Assembly (NCBI RefSeq): GCF_000014785.1
Contig: NC_008340.1
Coordinates: 1,380,001-1,412,000 of the forward strand
Direction of reading: 5' to 3'
DNA from: Alkalilimnicola ehrlichii MLHE-1
GTDB lineage: Bacteria > Pseudomonadota > Gammaproteobacteria > Nitrococcales > Halorhodospiraceae
DNA length: 32,000 nucleotides
The notes beneath the pieces were generated by a model that was not told the DNA's origin, did no database searches, and was given only the letters and a program-made list of their open reading frames with translations. Position 1 is the first letter of the stretch, and every line of letters starts with the position of its first letter. Of the stretch, positions 16,978 to 24,912 are shown piece by piece. The translations under genes were made by a program, and so were the position numbers.

Positions 16978-17791
16978 TTTCCTCCTTCGTGCCCTGTTGG
17001 CCGGTTTCGGACTGGCGGCGGTGGCCGGGCCGTTGGGGAGCTTCGTGGTCTGGCGGCGCATGGCCTATTTCGGCGACACCCTGGCCCACTCCGCCCTGCT
17101 GGGGGTGGCCCTGGGCTTTCTCATCGGCCTCAATGTCAATCTCGGGATCTTGCTGGTCTGTGGGGCGCTGGCGGTGCTGTTGGTCGTGCTGCGCAGCCGC
17201 CAGCGGCTGGCTGACGACACCATCCTGGGCATCATGGCGCACAGCACCCTGTCCCTGGGCCTGGTCTCTCTGGCGTTCCTGGAGCACGTTCGGGTGGACC
17301 TGATGGCCTACCTGTTCGGGGATATCCTGGCGGTGGGCCCGACCGAGTTGTGGTGGATCTGGCTGGGTGGGCTGGCGGTACTGGGGGTGTTGGCGCTGAT
17401 CTGGCGTCCCCTGCTCACCATGACCCTGCACGAGGAACTGGCTCGGGCCGAGGGCGTGCCGCTGCTGCCGATGCAGCTGCTGTTCATGGGTCTGATGGCG
17501 GGGGTTATTGCCATTGCCATGAACATCGTCGGTATCCTGCTGGTTACGTCGCTGCTGATCATCCCGGCGGCGACCGCCCGCCTGTTTGCGCGGACGCCGG
17601 AGCAGATGGCGGTACTGGCCTCCCTGCTGGGTTGCCTGGCGGTAGCGGGGGGGCTGCGGGGCTCCTGGAATTGGGATCTGCCCACCGGGCCTGCCATCGT
17701 CGTTACCGCCACCCTGTTGTTCACCCTGGCGATGGCGGCGACCTCCGTCTGGCAGGCACTCAGGGGTGATGGTGGGCGGGTCAATGGCTGA
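16970..17791 (+). CDS. znuB: Zinc ABC transporter permease ZnuB
   Basis: ABC-3 family permease 'FLLRALLAGFGLAAVAGPLGSFVVWRRMAYFGDTLAHSALLGVALGFL...'. ATG at 16970 overlaps znuC; the ORF-track start 16853 lies inside znuC. Confidence 0.94.
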   Translation: MDDFLLRALLAGFGLAAVAGPLGSFVVWRRMAYFGDTLAHSALLGVALGFLIGLNVNLGILLVCGALAVLLVVLRSRQRLADDTILGIMAHSTLSLGLVSLAFLEHVRVDLMAYLFGDILAVGPTELWWIWLGGLAVLGVLALIWRPLLTMTLHEELARAEGVPLLPMQLLFMGLMAGVIAIAMNIVGILLVTSLLIIPAATARLFARTPEQMAVLASLLGCLAVAGGLRGSWNWDLPTGPAIVVTATLLFTLAMAATSVWQALRGDGGRVNG

Positions 17792-17818
17792 TGCGTCCGG
17801 CCCGGCGCCGAGCCTCGT

Positions 17819-18634
17819 TCAGTCGGCCGGCCGGGCGTCCTTCAGCCGGTAGAACATGCCCATCTCATTCGGGTCGAGCAGTTCGAGCTCACCCTCCAGG
17901 GTGAGGGCATCGAATGTGAAGGCCAGCCCACGGTCTGTCTTGACCTCCACCACGCTCTCCGGTCCGCCCGGGGCGCAGTAGAAGCAGCTCGGGGTGCTGG
18001 CGCTGAGCAGGAAGTGGCGCTGCCGGTCGCCCTGTTCCAGCGGCATCATGAAGCCCTGGACCCGGACGGTCTGGCCCTCCAGGGCCAGGATGTCGTCGGG
18101 GAACTCGGCGGCCAGCAGGTCCTCCTCCTCCCAGGTCTTCAGGGCGCCGAGCCGGCGCCAACTGAGCACATCGTCGCGCTCCGGCAGCTCACCCTCACCC
18201 ACCTGGTGGTCGCCGTGTTGGTCCGCCTCCTCGCCGCCCACACGCAACCGCAACTCTCCCCGGGCCTCCCCGGGACCGGAGATCTCCAGGGTGTCCTGCC
18301 CGCCGCGTTGGGCTAGCAGCCGGGTGCGGGCAAAGCCGTCGGCGTCGGTACGCGGGGCGGGGTGGGTGATGAGATTGCCCGCGCGGGAGAGCACGGCCAG
18401 CCGCTCGCCCGCGACCGGCGCGCCATCGGCATCGGTAAAGCGGAAGGCCAGGTGGACCTGATCGCCGGCGTCCAGGCTCAGGGCCTCCACCTCGCCGAGT
18501 TCCAGGTTGCCGTCCAGGTAGGCGCTGATCCGCGGCTTGCCGGCGCCGTCCCGGCTGTCATCCGCGCAGCCCACCAGTGCGAGGACGGCCATCAGCGCAA
18601 CCGCAAGGACCTTGCCGGCCATGGTTCGTGGCAT
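17819..18634 (-). CDS. DUF3299 family predicted lipoprotein with N-terminal Ig/transthyretin-like region
   Basis: Signal/lipobox 'VALMAVLALVGCADDS'. C-terminal 'DDILALEGQTVRVQGFMMPLEQGDRQRHFLLSASTPSCFYCAPGGPESVVEV' is characteristic of DUF3299. Start set at the ATG with a GAGGGGG RBS. Confidence 0.8.
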   Translation of the reverse strand: MPRTMAGKVLAVALMAVLALVGCADDSRDGAGKPRISAYLDGNLELGEVEALSLDAGDQVHLAFRFTDADGAPVAGERLAVLSRAGNLITHPAPRTDADGFARTRLLAQRGGQDTLEISGPGEARGELRLRVGGEEADQHGDHQVGEGELPERDDVLSWRRLGALKTWEEEDLLAAEFPDDILALEGQTVRVQGFMMPLEQGDRQRHFLLSASTPSCFYCAPGGPESVVEVKTDRGLAFTFDALTLEGELELLDPNEMGMFYRLKDARPAD

Positions 18635-18722
18635 CGGGTTCCCCCTCGTCGTGCGGCCTGAGCCCTCGGAGTATGCCATCTCGCCGCGCCGGGTGCCCGA
18701 GCGGCCGGTCCGGCGCCGACGG

Positions 18723-20129
18723 CTACCGCTCAGACAACGTCAGGGCGATGTCGGTTCGATAGGCCTGCCAGGCCGGCAGCAGGGCGGCGACCAGGCCGAT
18801 GCCGGCGGCGATCAGCAGTAGCCAGCCCTCGCTCGGCACCCAGGTCAGGCCGGTCAGCTCCAGCGGCCGGTCGCGGCCGATCCAGCGGCCGATCAACTCG
18901 GCCGACAGGTGGCCGCCGGCAAGGCCCAATAGGGTGCCTGTGAGGGCCAGAAGCTGGCCTTCCAGGAGCACCAGGCCACTCACCAGTCGGGGCGAGGCGC
19001 CGAGACTGCGAATGATCGCGATGTCGTGCCGCCGTTCCCGCAGGGCGTTGTAGAGGCCAATGAAGACGCCCAGGCCGGCGGCCAGCAGCAGCACCCCGCC
19101 GAAGGCCTTCAGGGTGTCCAGGCCGACACCCATCATACTCATGAGGCGCGCGCTCTCGTAGGCCGGAGAGGCGGCCTGCAGGCCGGCCTCGGCGTTGATG
19201 GCGCGGGGCAGTTGCATGGCAGCCAGCGGTGAGCGGTAGCGGACCAGCAGGGCGGTCAGTTCCTGGTCTGCGGTGGCCACATCGTCGTGGCCGGCGCCCG
19301 GCTCCCGGTGGTCATGCCCTTGCCCGGCCGGATGCCCGTGGTCGTGATCCGGGGCCGGCTCGTGGGTGTGAGCCCGGTCGGCCTCATGGTCATGGCCATG
19401 GCCGGCCTCAGGGTGGTCGCTGTGGTCGTGCTCATGGTCGTGCTCATGGTCGTGATCGTGGTCGTGATCGTGGTCGTGATCGTGGTCGTGATCGTGGTCG
19501 TGATCGTGGTCGTCGTCATGGACGTCCCAGACGCTCTGCACCGAGGTCAGGACCAGCCGGTCCATGACCGTGCCGGTGGGGGCCAGTATGCCGACGACGG
19601 TGTAGGGGGCGTAGTCGTGGACATGGCCATGGCCGCCACCCAGGCCGTGGGCGCCGACGATCTCATCGCCGATGGCGAGCCCATGGCGGGCTGCCACCGC
19701 GGATCCGAGGGTGGCCTCCATGGCCTGCTCCCAAAGGCGCCCCTCGGCGAGTTCCCCCCGGTAGAGATCCACGTAGCCCGCGTCCGTGCCCACGATGCGG
19801 TGGCCGCGGTAGTTGTCACCCAGGGCCAGGGGGATGACCTCGCTCACCAGCCGGTGGTCCGCCAGCTCGCGGGCGGTTCGTTCAGGGATGTTGCCGGTGG
19901 GGATGTCCAGGTGATAAACGCTGGACAGGATCAGCTGCATGGGGCTGCCACTGGCGCCCACCACCAGGTCGATACCCTGGGCATCGCGGGTGAACTGGCG
20001 CTCCAGTTGATGGCCGTATAGCAGTAGCAGGGCAATGGTGCCGGTGCCCAGCGCCATCAACAGCAGATTGAGCAGCGCGGGGAGGGGACGGAAGCGCAAC
20101 CAGTTGAGAGTGAGGCGCAGGGCGTTCAT
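18723..20129 (-). CDS. ABC transporter permease (FtsX/MacB/LolC-like) with a large His/Asp-rich extracytoplasmic insertion
   Basis: MNALRLTLNWLRFRPLPALLNLLLMALGTGTIALLLLYGHQLERQFTRDAQGIDLVVGASGSPMQLILSSVYH...; C-terminal FtsX domain 'LGVFIGLYNALRERRHDIAIIRSLGASPRLVSGLVLLEGQLLAL'. Start overlaps the ATPase stop (ATGA). Confidence 0.9.
   Translation of the reverse strand: MNALRLTLNWLRFRPLPALLNLLLMALGTGTIALLLLYGHQLERQFTRDAQGIDLVVGASGSPMQLILSSVYHLDIPTGNIPERTARELADHRLVSEVIPLALGDNYRGHRIVGTDAGYVDLYRGELAEGRLWEQAMEATLGSAVAARHGLAIGDEIVGAHGLGGGHGHVHDYAPYTVVGILAPTGTVMDRLVLTSVQSVWDVHDDDHDHDHDHDHDHDHDHDHDHDHEHDHEHDHSDHPEAGHGHDHEADRAHTHEPAPDHDHGHPAGQGHDHREPGAGHDDVATADQELTALLVRYRSPLAAMQLPRAINAEAGLQAASPAYESARLMSMMGVGLDTLKAFGGVLLLAAGLGVFIGLYNALRERRHDIAIIRSLGASPRLVSGLVLLEGQLLALTGTLLGLAGGHLSAELIGRWIGRDRPLELTGLTWVPSEGWLLLIAAGIGLVAALLPAWQAYRTDIALTLSER
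19451..19510. repeat. Perfect 12-bp tandem repeat, 5 copies, inside the permease gene
   Basis: (CGTGATCGTGGT)x5 on the plus strand. On the minus strand it encodes the (HD)n tract. Degenerate flanking units extend the tract to roughly 19417-19524. Confidence 0.95.
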
Positions 20130-20773
20130 GCGGCCACCCTCCCTTCGGCGAGATCCAGCCGCTGGGGCAGCCAGCGGCCCAGGCGGCGGTCGTGGCTGGC
20201 GACCACGAGGGTGGCCGCGCAGGCCTCCGCCTCGTCGCACAGCAGCCGCGCCACCCGCTCGGCGTTGGCCTCGTCCAGGCTGGCGGTGGGCTCGTCGGCG
20301 AGCAGGATGCGCGGCTGATTGACCACCGCGCGGGCGATGGCCACCCGCTGGGCCTGGCCCTGGCTCAGCTCATGAGCACGCCGGTGGGCCAGATCGGCGA
20401 TGTCCAGGCGTTCCAGCGTCGAGTGGACCCGCACCCCGTCCCTGGGGAGTCCGGCCAGGTAGCGGGCCAGTTCCAGGTTGGCGGTTACGGTCAGGGCCGG
20501 CAGCAGATGCAGCCGCTGGAAGACCATGCCGATATGGCGGCCGCGGAAACGGTCGAGCTGGGCCGGCGCCAAGGTGGTCAGGGCCTGCTCCCCCACCCGC
20601 ACCTCCCCGGTCGCCGGCCGCAGCAGGCCGGCCAGCAGGTGCAGCAGCGTGGTCTTGCCGCTGCCCGAAGGGCCCGACAGCCACCATTGCTCACCGGGGC
20701 CGGCGGTCCAGTCGGGGAACCGGATGGGCTTGCCATTGCGGTAGCGGTAGGTCAGTGCCGAGGTCTGCAGCAT
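20126..20773 (-). CDS. ABC transporter ATP-binding protein (LolD/MacB-type)
   Basis: MLQTSALTYRYRNGKPIRFPDW...LSGPSGSGKTTLLHLLAGLL, 'HELSQGQAQRVAIARAVVNQPRILLADEPTASLD'. The ORF-track upstream extension is not credible. Confidence 0.93.
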   Translation of the reverse strand: MLQTSALTYRYRNGKPIRFPDWTAGPGEQWWLSGPSGSGKTTLLHLLAGLLRPATGEVRVGEQALTTLAPAQLDRFRGRHIGMVFQRLHLLPALTVTANLELARYLAGLPRDGVRVHSTLERLDIADLAHRRAHELSQGQAQRVAIARAVVNQPRILLADEPTASLDEANAERVARLLCDEAEACAATLVVASHDRRLGRWLPQRLDLAEGRVAA

Positions 20774-20818
20774 GGTGCTCCTGCCTGAGGGTAGTGGGCC
20801 ATCGGACGATAGGTTGAT

Positions 20819-20837
20819 AATGTTATGTGATAACGTT
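20819..20837. promoter_or_regulatory. Zur-box-like site upstream of the ATPase-permease-DUF3299 operon
   Basis: AATGTTATGTGATAACGTT: GTTAT-GTG-ATAAC palindrome with the spacing of the canonical GTTATANTATAAC Zur core, 46 bp upstream of the ATPase start codon (20773). Confidence 0.75.
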
Positions 20838-20898
20838 GCGCCCGCAAAGCCGTCCGATCGCTGAAATGGCCAAGGGGCCCGCTCACCGTCGGACCCAC

Positions 20899-21327
20899 TC
20901 AGCGGTGGTAAAGGGTCTCCGGGTCGATCTCCGGCGCCGCGATGACCTCCAGGCCGTCCCCGTCGAGCCGGTTGTAGAAACAGCTGCGGCGGCCGGTGTG
21001 GCAGGCCGGGCCGGTCTGGTCCACCCGCAGCAACAGGGTGTCGCCGTCGCAGTCCAGGCGTAGCTCCACCAGTCGCTGCACCTGACCCGAGCTCTCCCCC
21101 TTGCGCCAGAGGCTGCGCCGGGAGCGGGAGTAATAGCACACCCGCCCGGTGCGCAAGGTCTCCTCCAGCGCCTCGCGATTCATCCACGCCATCATCAGCA
21201 CCTCGCCGGAGTCGTGCTGCTGGGCAATGGCGGGGAGCAGCCCCTGCGCATTCCAGGGCAGGGCCGCGAGCACGGCGGGGAGATCCCGGCGGGTGCCGGG
21301 GCGGGCCTTCTCCAGATCCTTGAACAT
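20899..21327 (-). CDS. hisI: Phosphoribosyl-AMP cyclohydrolase
   Basis: 'GEVLMMAWMNREALEETLRTGRVCYYSRSRRSLWRKGESSGQVQRLVELRLDCDGDTLLLRVDQTGPACHTGRRSCFYNRL' is diagnostic of HisI, and the Cys residues associated with Zn binding are present. Confidence 0.95.
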   Translation of the reverse strand: MFKDLEKARPGTRRDLPAVLAALPWNAQGLLPAIAQQHDSGEVLMMAWMNREALEETLRTGRVCYYSRSRRSLWRKGESSGQVQRLVELRLDCDGDTLLLRVDQTGPACHTGRRSCFYNRLDGDGLEVIAAPEIDPETLYHR

Positions 21328-21329
21328 GG

Positions 21330-21956
21330 TCAGCGTTCTTCCAGGGCGGTTCTCAGGTGGTCGGTGATCTGCGGGAGCAGTTCGGCCAGGGCCCGGTTGG
21401 CGGCCTTGGCGCCGGCCACCGGGTGGCGCCGTTCGGCGGTCACCTCGGCGTGGAAACGGCGGGTGGTGAGCACCTCGCCGGCCTCGCTGTCCAGCAGCTG
21501 GATGCGCAATGTTAACACCACCCGGCCGGCGTCCTCGTCGTGCTCGAAGCGGTGTTCCAGGCGTTTCAGCTCCGTGTGCAGGCGCAAGGGGGCGTCGACC
21601 ACGGTGGGGCCGTGAATCACCTGGCGGAACGGGCCGTCGTGCTCCAGCACTGCGACCAGCGCCGGAGTGAGCATCCGCGCCGGGGGCTCCACCCACTGGT
21701 GGTGGGCGAAACGTTGCAGTTCCCAGTCATCGCGGCGGTAGCGCATGGCACTGCTGGTGTAGCCGGGCGCCGCCTGGGTTGCCATCACCCGCACGGCGCC
21801 CGCCAGGGGTTCGGATCCGCCCGGGGCCTCGCTGGGCGCCCAGGTCAGGCTGTAGGTACGCGGCGACTCGGCCGGGCCCGGCAACGCGAGGCCGCAGGCG
21901 TTCAGGCTGAGGGCCAGGGTCAGGGCGGCAATCAGGGCCGTCAGGCAGCGGGTCAT
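21330..21956 (-). CDS. ABC-type transport auxiliary lipoprotein (PqiC/YmbA-like, DUF330)
   Basis: Lipobox 'LALSLNACGL', 'RVMATQAAPGYTSSAMRYRRDDWELQRFAHHQWVEPPARML'. Located directly after the MlaD-like gene. Confidence 0.85.
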   Translation of the reverse strand: MTRCLTALIAALTLALSLNACGLALPGPAESPRTYSLTWAPSEAPGGSEPLAGAVRVMATQAAPGYTSSAMRYRRDDWELQRFAHHQWVEPPARMLTPALVAVLEHDGPFRQVIHGPTVVDAPLRLHTELKRLEHRFEHDEDAGRVVLTLRIQLLDSEAGEVLTTRRFHAEVTAERRHPVAGAKAANRALAELLPQITDHLRTALEER

Positions 21957-21957
21957 G

Positions 21958-22890
21958 TCAGCGCGTCTCCTCTCCGGGGCCCGGGGCGATGGGTTGGCGG
22001 CCGTAGATCAGCATCTGCGGCTCGTCGCTGAAGTCCTCCAGGGTCCGTTCCAGATCCTGTGACAACCGGCGCATCTCGTACATCAGGGTGCCCAGTTCGG
22101 GGATCAGGGTCTGATTGACATCGATAAGGGTGGTCTCGCCCCGGCTGGCCAGGGCGTCCAGGGTGTCACCGGTCCGGCCCAGGTCGTCGGCCAGCCGCGC
22201 CCAGCGCGCCAGGGTGTCGTCGAGCCGGTCCATGCTCTCCGGCAGCCGCGCGGCGGCCTCATTGCCCTGGTCGAGCAGTTGGTTGAACCGAACCATGGTC
22301 TGGTCCAGGTCCTCGCTGCCCTCGGCCAGGTTGGCGACCAGCACGTTGGCGTTCTGGAGCAGCCGGGCCACGCGCTCGCGATTCTCCTCGCGCAGGAGGT
22401 CGCGCACCTCGTCGGCCACCACCCGCATCACACCCAAAGCCTCGTCCACCGTCTGCTCCAGGCGGCTGCCGAAGGAGGGGACGGTGCGGAGGGCGGGCAG
22501 GTCATCGCCGGCGCGCGGTTGCGGCGTGACGGGGTCGGTGGTGCTGCCACTAAGCTCGATGAAGGAGATCCCGGTCAACCCCTGGGAACGGAGCGTGGCC
22601 ACGGTCTCCCGGCCGATGGGGACCCGCTCCTCGACGGAGATGACGATGCGGACCTCGTCCGGATGCCGGGGGTTGAGGGTGATGGCCTGGACCCGGCCCA
22701 CGTCCACGCCGCGGTAACGAACGGGGGCGCTGACATTGAGCCCGGCCACCGACTCATCCATGTAGACGGCATAGTCGGTATGAGGCTGGGTCCGGATGTC
22801 GCCACCGAGATAGAGCCCGGCGCCGATGATGGCCAGGGTGAGCAGGATGACGAACAGCCCAACCAGGGCGTAGCTCACGCGGGTTTCCAT
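21958..22890 (-). CDS. MlaD/Mce family lipid transport protein
   Basis: METRVSYALVGLFVILLTLAIIGAGLYLG...YAVYMDESVAGLNVSAPVRYRGVDVGRVQAITLNPRHPDEVRIVISV: canonical MCE domain. Confidence 0.92.
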   Translation of the reverse strand: METRVSYALVGLFVILLTLAIIGAGLYLGGDIRTQPHTDYAVYMDESVAGLNVSAPVRYRGVDVGRVQAITLNPRHPDEVRIVISVEERVPIGRETVATLRSQGLTGISFIELSGSTTDPVTPQPRAGDDLPALRTVPSFGSRLEQTVDEALGVMRVVADEVRDLLREENRERVARLLQNANVLVANLAEGSEDLDQTMVRFNQLLDQGNEAAARLPESMDRLDDTLARWARLADDLGRTGDTLDALASRGETTLIDVNQTLIPELGTLMYEMRRLSQDLERTLEDFSDEPQMLIYGRQPIAPGPGEETR

Positions 22891-22891
22891 G

Positions 22892-23665
22892 TCAGCGGTC
22901 CCTCCAGGCGGCGGTGCGCGATCCACCGAAGTAGGCCTTGATCAGCGGGTGGTCATTGCGCGCAAGCTGCTCGATGGGCTGCACGGCCAGGACCCGGCGG
23001 TCGCCCAGAAAGGCCACCCGGTGGGTGGTGGCCCAAAGGGCATCCATGTCGTGGGTGACCATGATAACCGTAAGCCCCAGCAGCTTGTGCAATTCCGCGA
23101 TCAGTTCGTCAAAGGCGCCGGCACTGACCGGGTCCAGTCCGGCGGTGGGCTCGTCGAGAAAGAGCAGCTCCGGGTCCAACGCCAGGGCGCGGGCCAGGGC
23201 GGCGCGCTTCACCATGCCGCCGCTCAGTTCGCTGGGGTAAAGGTGAGCCGCATCCAGCGGGAACCCCGCAAGTTGGATCTTCAGCATCGCCAGGTCCTCG
23301 ACCGTGGCGGCATCGAACCGGGTGTGTTCCCAGAGCGGCAGGCTGACGTTCTCCTTGACGGTGAGCCCGGTAAACAGCGCCCCCTGTTGGAAGAGCACGC
23401 CCATGCGCTGGCGCAGGGCCTTCTCCTCGCCCCGACCGAGGGACCGGGTGGGGGTCCCCAGCAGGTGGATCTCCCCGGCCTGGGGGCGGTGCAACAACAG
23501 CATGCTGCGCAGCAATACCGTCTTGCCCGAGCCGCTGCCGCCCACCAGGCCGAGGATCTCGCCCCGCCGGACCTGCAGATCCAGGTCCTGGTGCACCGTG
23601 GTACTGCCGAAGCGGTTTTCCAGGCCGGAGACCGCCACCGCGATGTCGCCCGGGATAGCGCTCAT
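22892..23665 (-). CDS. MlaF-like ABC transporter ATP-binding protein
   Basis: 'ILGLVGGSGSGKTVLLRSMLLLHRPQAGEIHLLG', 'LSGGMVKRAALARALALDPELLFLDEPTAGLDPVSAGAFDELI'. Confidence 0.93.
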   Translation of the reverse strand: MSAIPGDIAVAVSGLENRFGSTTVHQDLDLQVRRGEILGLVGGSGSGKTVLLRSMLLLHRPQAGEIHLLGTPTRSLGRGEEKALRQRMGVLFQQGALFTGLTVKENVSLPLWEHTRFDAATVEDLAMLKIQLAGFPLDAAHLYPSELSGGMVKRAALARALALDPELLFLDEPTAGLDPVSAGAFDELIAELHKLLGLTVIMVTHDMDALWATTHRVAFLGDRRVLAVQPIEQLARNDHPLIKAYFGGSRTAAWRDR

Positions 23666-24795
23666 AGCCCCACCAGGTTGAACAGGATGGAGAAGACGGC
23701 GTCGGTGACAATGACCAGGAAGATGGCCTGCACCACCGTGATGGTGGTGGCTCGGCCGACGCTCTCGGCACTGCCCTTGACCCGCATCCCCTGGAAGCAG
23801 GCGATGCCGACGATGATCAGTGCGAACACCGGCGCTTTGACGAGGCCGACCCAGAGGTGGGAGGTGGCGATGGCCTCCGGCAGGCGGTTGATAAAGTCGT
23901 GCATGGCCACGCCGAACATCAGGTCGGCCACCAGCATGCCGCCGAGAATGCCCAGGACGTCGGCATAGATGGTGAGCAACGGCAGCACCACCATCAGGGC
24001 CATCAGCCGCGGCAGGATCAGCATGTCGAAGGGGCTGATGCCCAGGGTACGCAGGGCGTCGATCTCCTCGGTGATCTTCATAGTGCCCAGTTGTGCCGCC
24101 CACGAGGAGCCGGTGCGCCCGGCCACCACGATGGCGGTGAGCATGGGGGCCATCTCCCGCAGCATAGTCACGCTGACCAGCTCCACCAGGAAGATGTTGG
24201 CGCCGTAACGCTCCAGGGTGTCACCGCCCTGGTACGCGATCACCAGGCCGGTGAGAAAGGCGAGCAGGCCGATGATCGGCAGCGCCTGGACCCCGGCCTT
24301 CTGGATCTCCGCGGAGAGCTGTTTCCAGCGAATCGTCCAAGGGCGGAGGAGGCGGGGCAGGGCCTCCAGGGCGATCTCCCCGATGAACGCCAGGAACGCC
24401 CAGAAGTGCCCGAGCCGGATCACCGTCTGCCGGCCCAGGCGCTCCAAGGGCCCCGGCGGCGGCGGGGGCGGGCGGCGTTCACTGACCGCACGCTCGGTGA
24501 AGGCGAGCAGGCCGTCCATGTGCTCCGGGCGCTCCTCCCCCAGCCTCACGCTGTCGCCGCGCTCGCGCAGTCGCTCCTGCAGCCGGTGCAACTGCCGGGC
24601 ACCGGTCAGGTCCAGCCTGCCCATGGCGCTGGCATCCAGGGTCCAGCCCCCGGTTCGTGGCGGTGGCAATGTGCGCAGGTCCTGGCCGGCCAACCGGGTC
24701 AGGCCCGTGCGGGTCCAGTCACCGCTGCATTGGATGAGCCCTCGGACCTCATCCCAACTCAGCCCGGCCGTTTGTGCTTGCATGTCCCTGGTCAC
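23662..24795 (-). CDS. MlaE-family permease with N-terminal STAS (MlaB-like) domain fusion
   Basis: C-terminal 'AMLTAIVVAGRTGSSWAAQLGTMKITEEIDALRTLGISPFDMLILPRLMALMVVLPLLTI'. N-terminal ~110 aa soluble region 'WTLDASAMGRLDLTGARQLHRLQERL' resembles STAS. Confidence 0.9.
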   Translation of the reverse strand: MTRDMQAQTAGLSWDEVRGLIQCSGDWTRTGLTRLAGQDLRTLPPPRTGGWTLDASAMGRLDLTGARQLHRLQERLRERGDSVRLGEERPEHMDGLLAFTERAVSERRPPPPPPGPLERLGRQTVIRLGHFWAFLAFIGEIALEALPRLLRPWTIRWKQLSAEIQKAGVQALPIIGLLAFLTGLVIAYQGGDTLERYGANIFLVELVSVTMLREMAPMLTAIVVAGRTGSSWAAQLGTMKITEEIDALRTLGISPFDMLILPRLMALMVVLPLLTIYADVLGILGGMLVADLMFGVAMHDFINRLPEAIATSHLWVGLVKAPVFALIIVGIACFQGMRVKGSAESVGRATTITVVQAIFLVIVTDAVFSILFNLVGL

Positions 24796-24912
24796 TGCCT
24801 CAGTGTCCCTGCCTTGGTCGTTGGGGCGGCCGGCGCCCCACCGGTGGGGGCACCCTTGGGAGGCCCTTTGGTGCTACCATTCGCACGGGTAAGTTATCGC
24901 TAGAGGTGTGAA

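Noticed and set aside
19417-19524. Possible CRISPR or non-coding repeat array
   Set aside because: The units are contiguous 12-mers without spacers and are in frame within the permease gene; it is a coding tandem repeat.
21509-21530. AATGTTAACACC as a third Zur site upstream of hisI
   Set aside because: It lies within the coding sequence of the PqiC-like gene, has only a partial half-site and no matching second arm.
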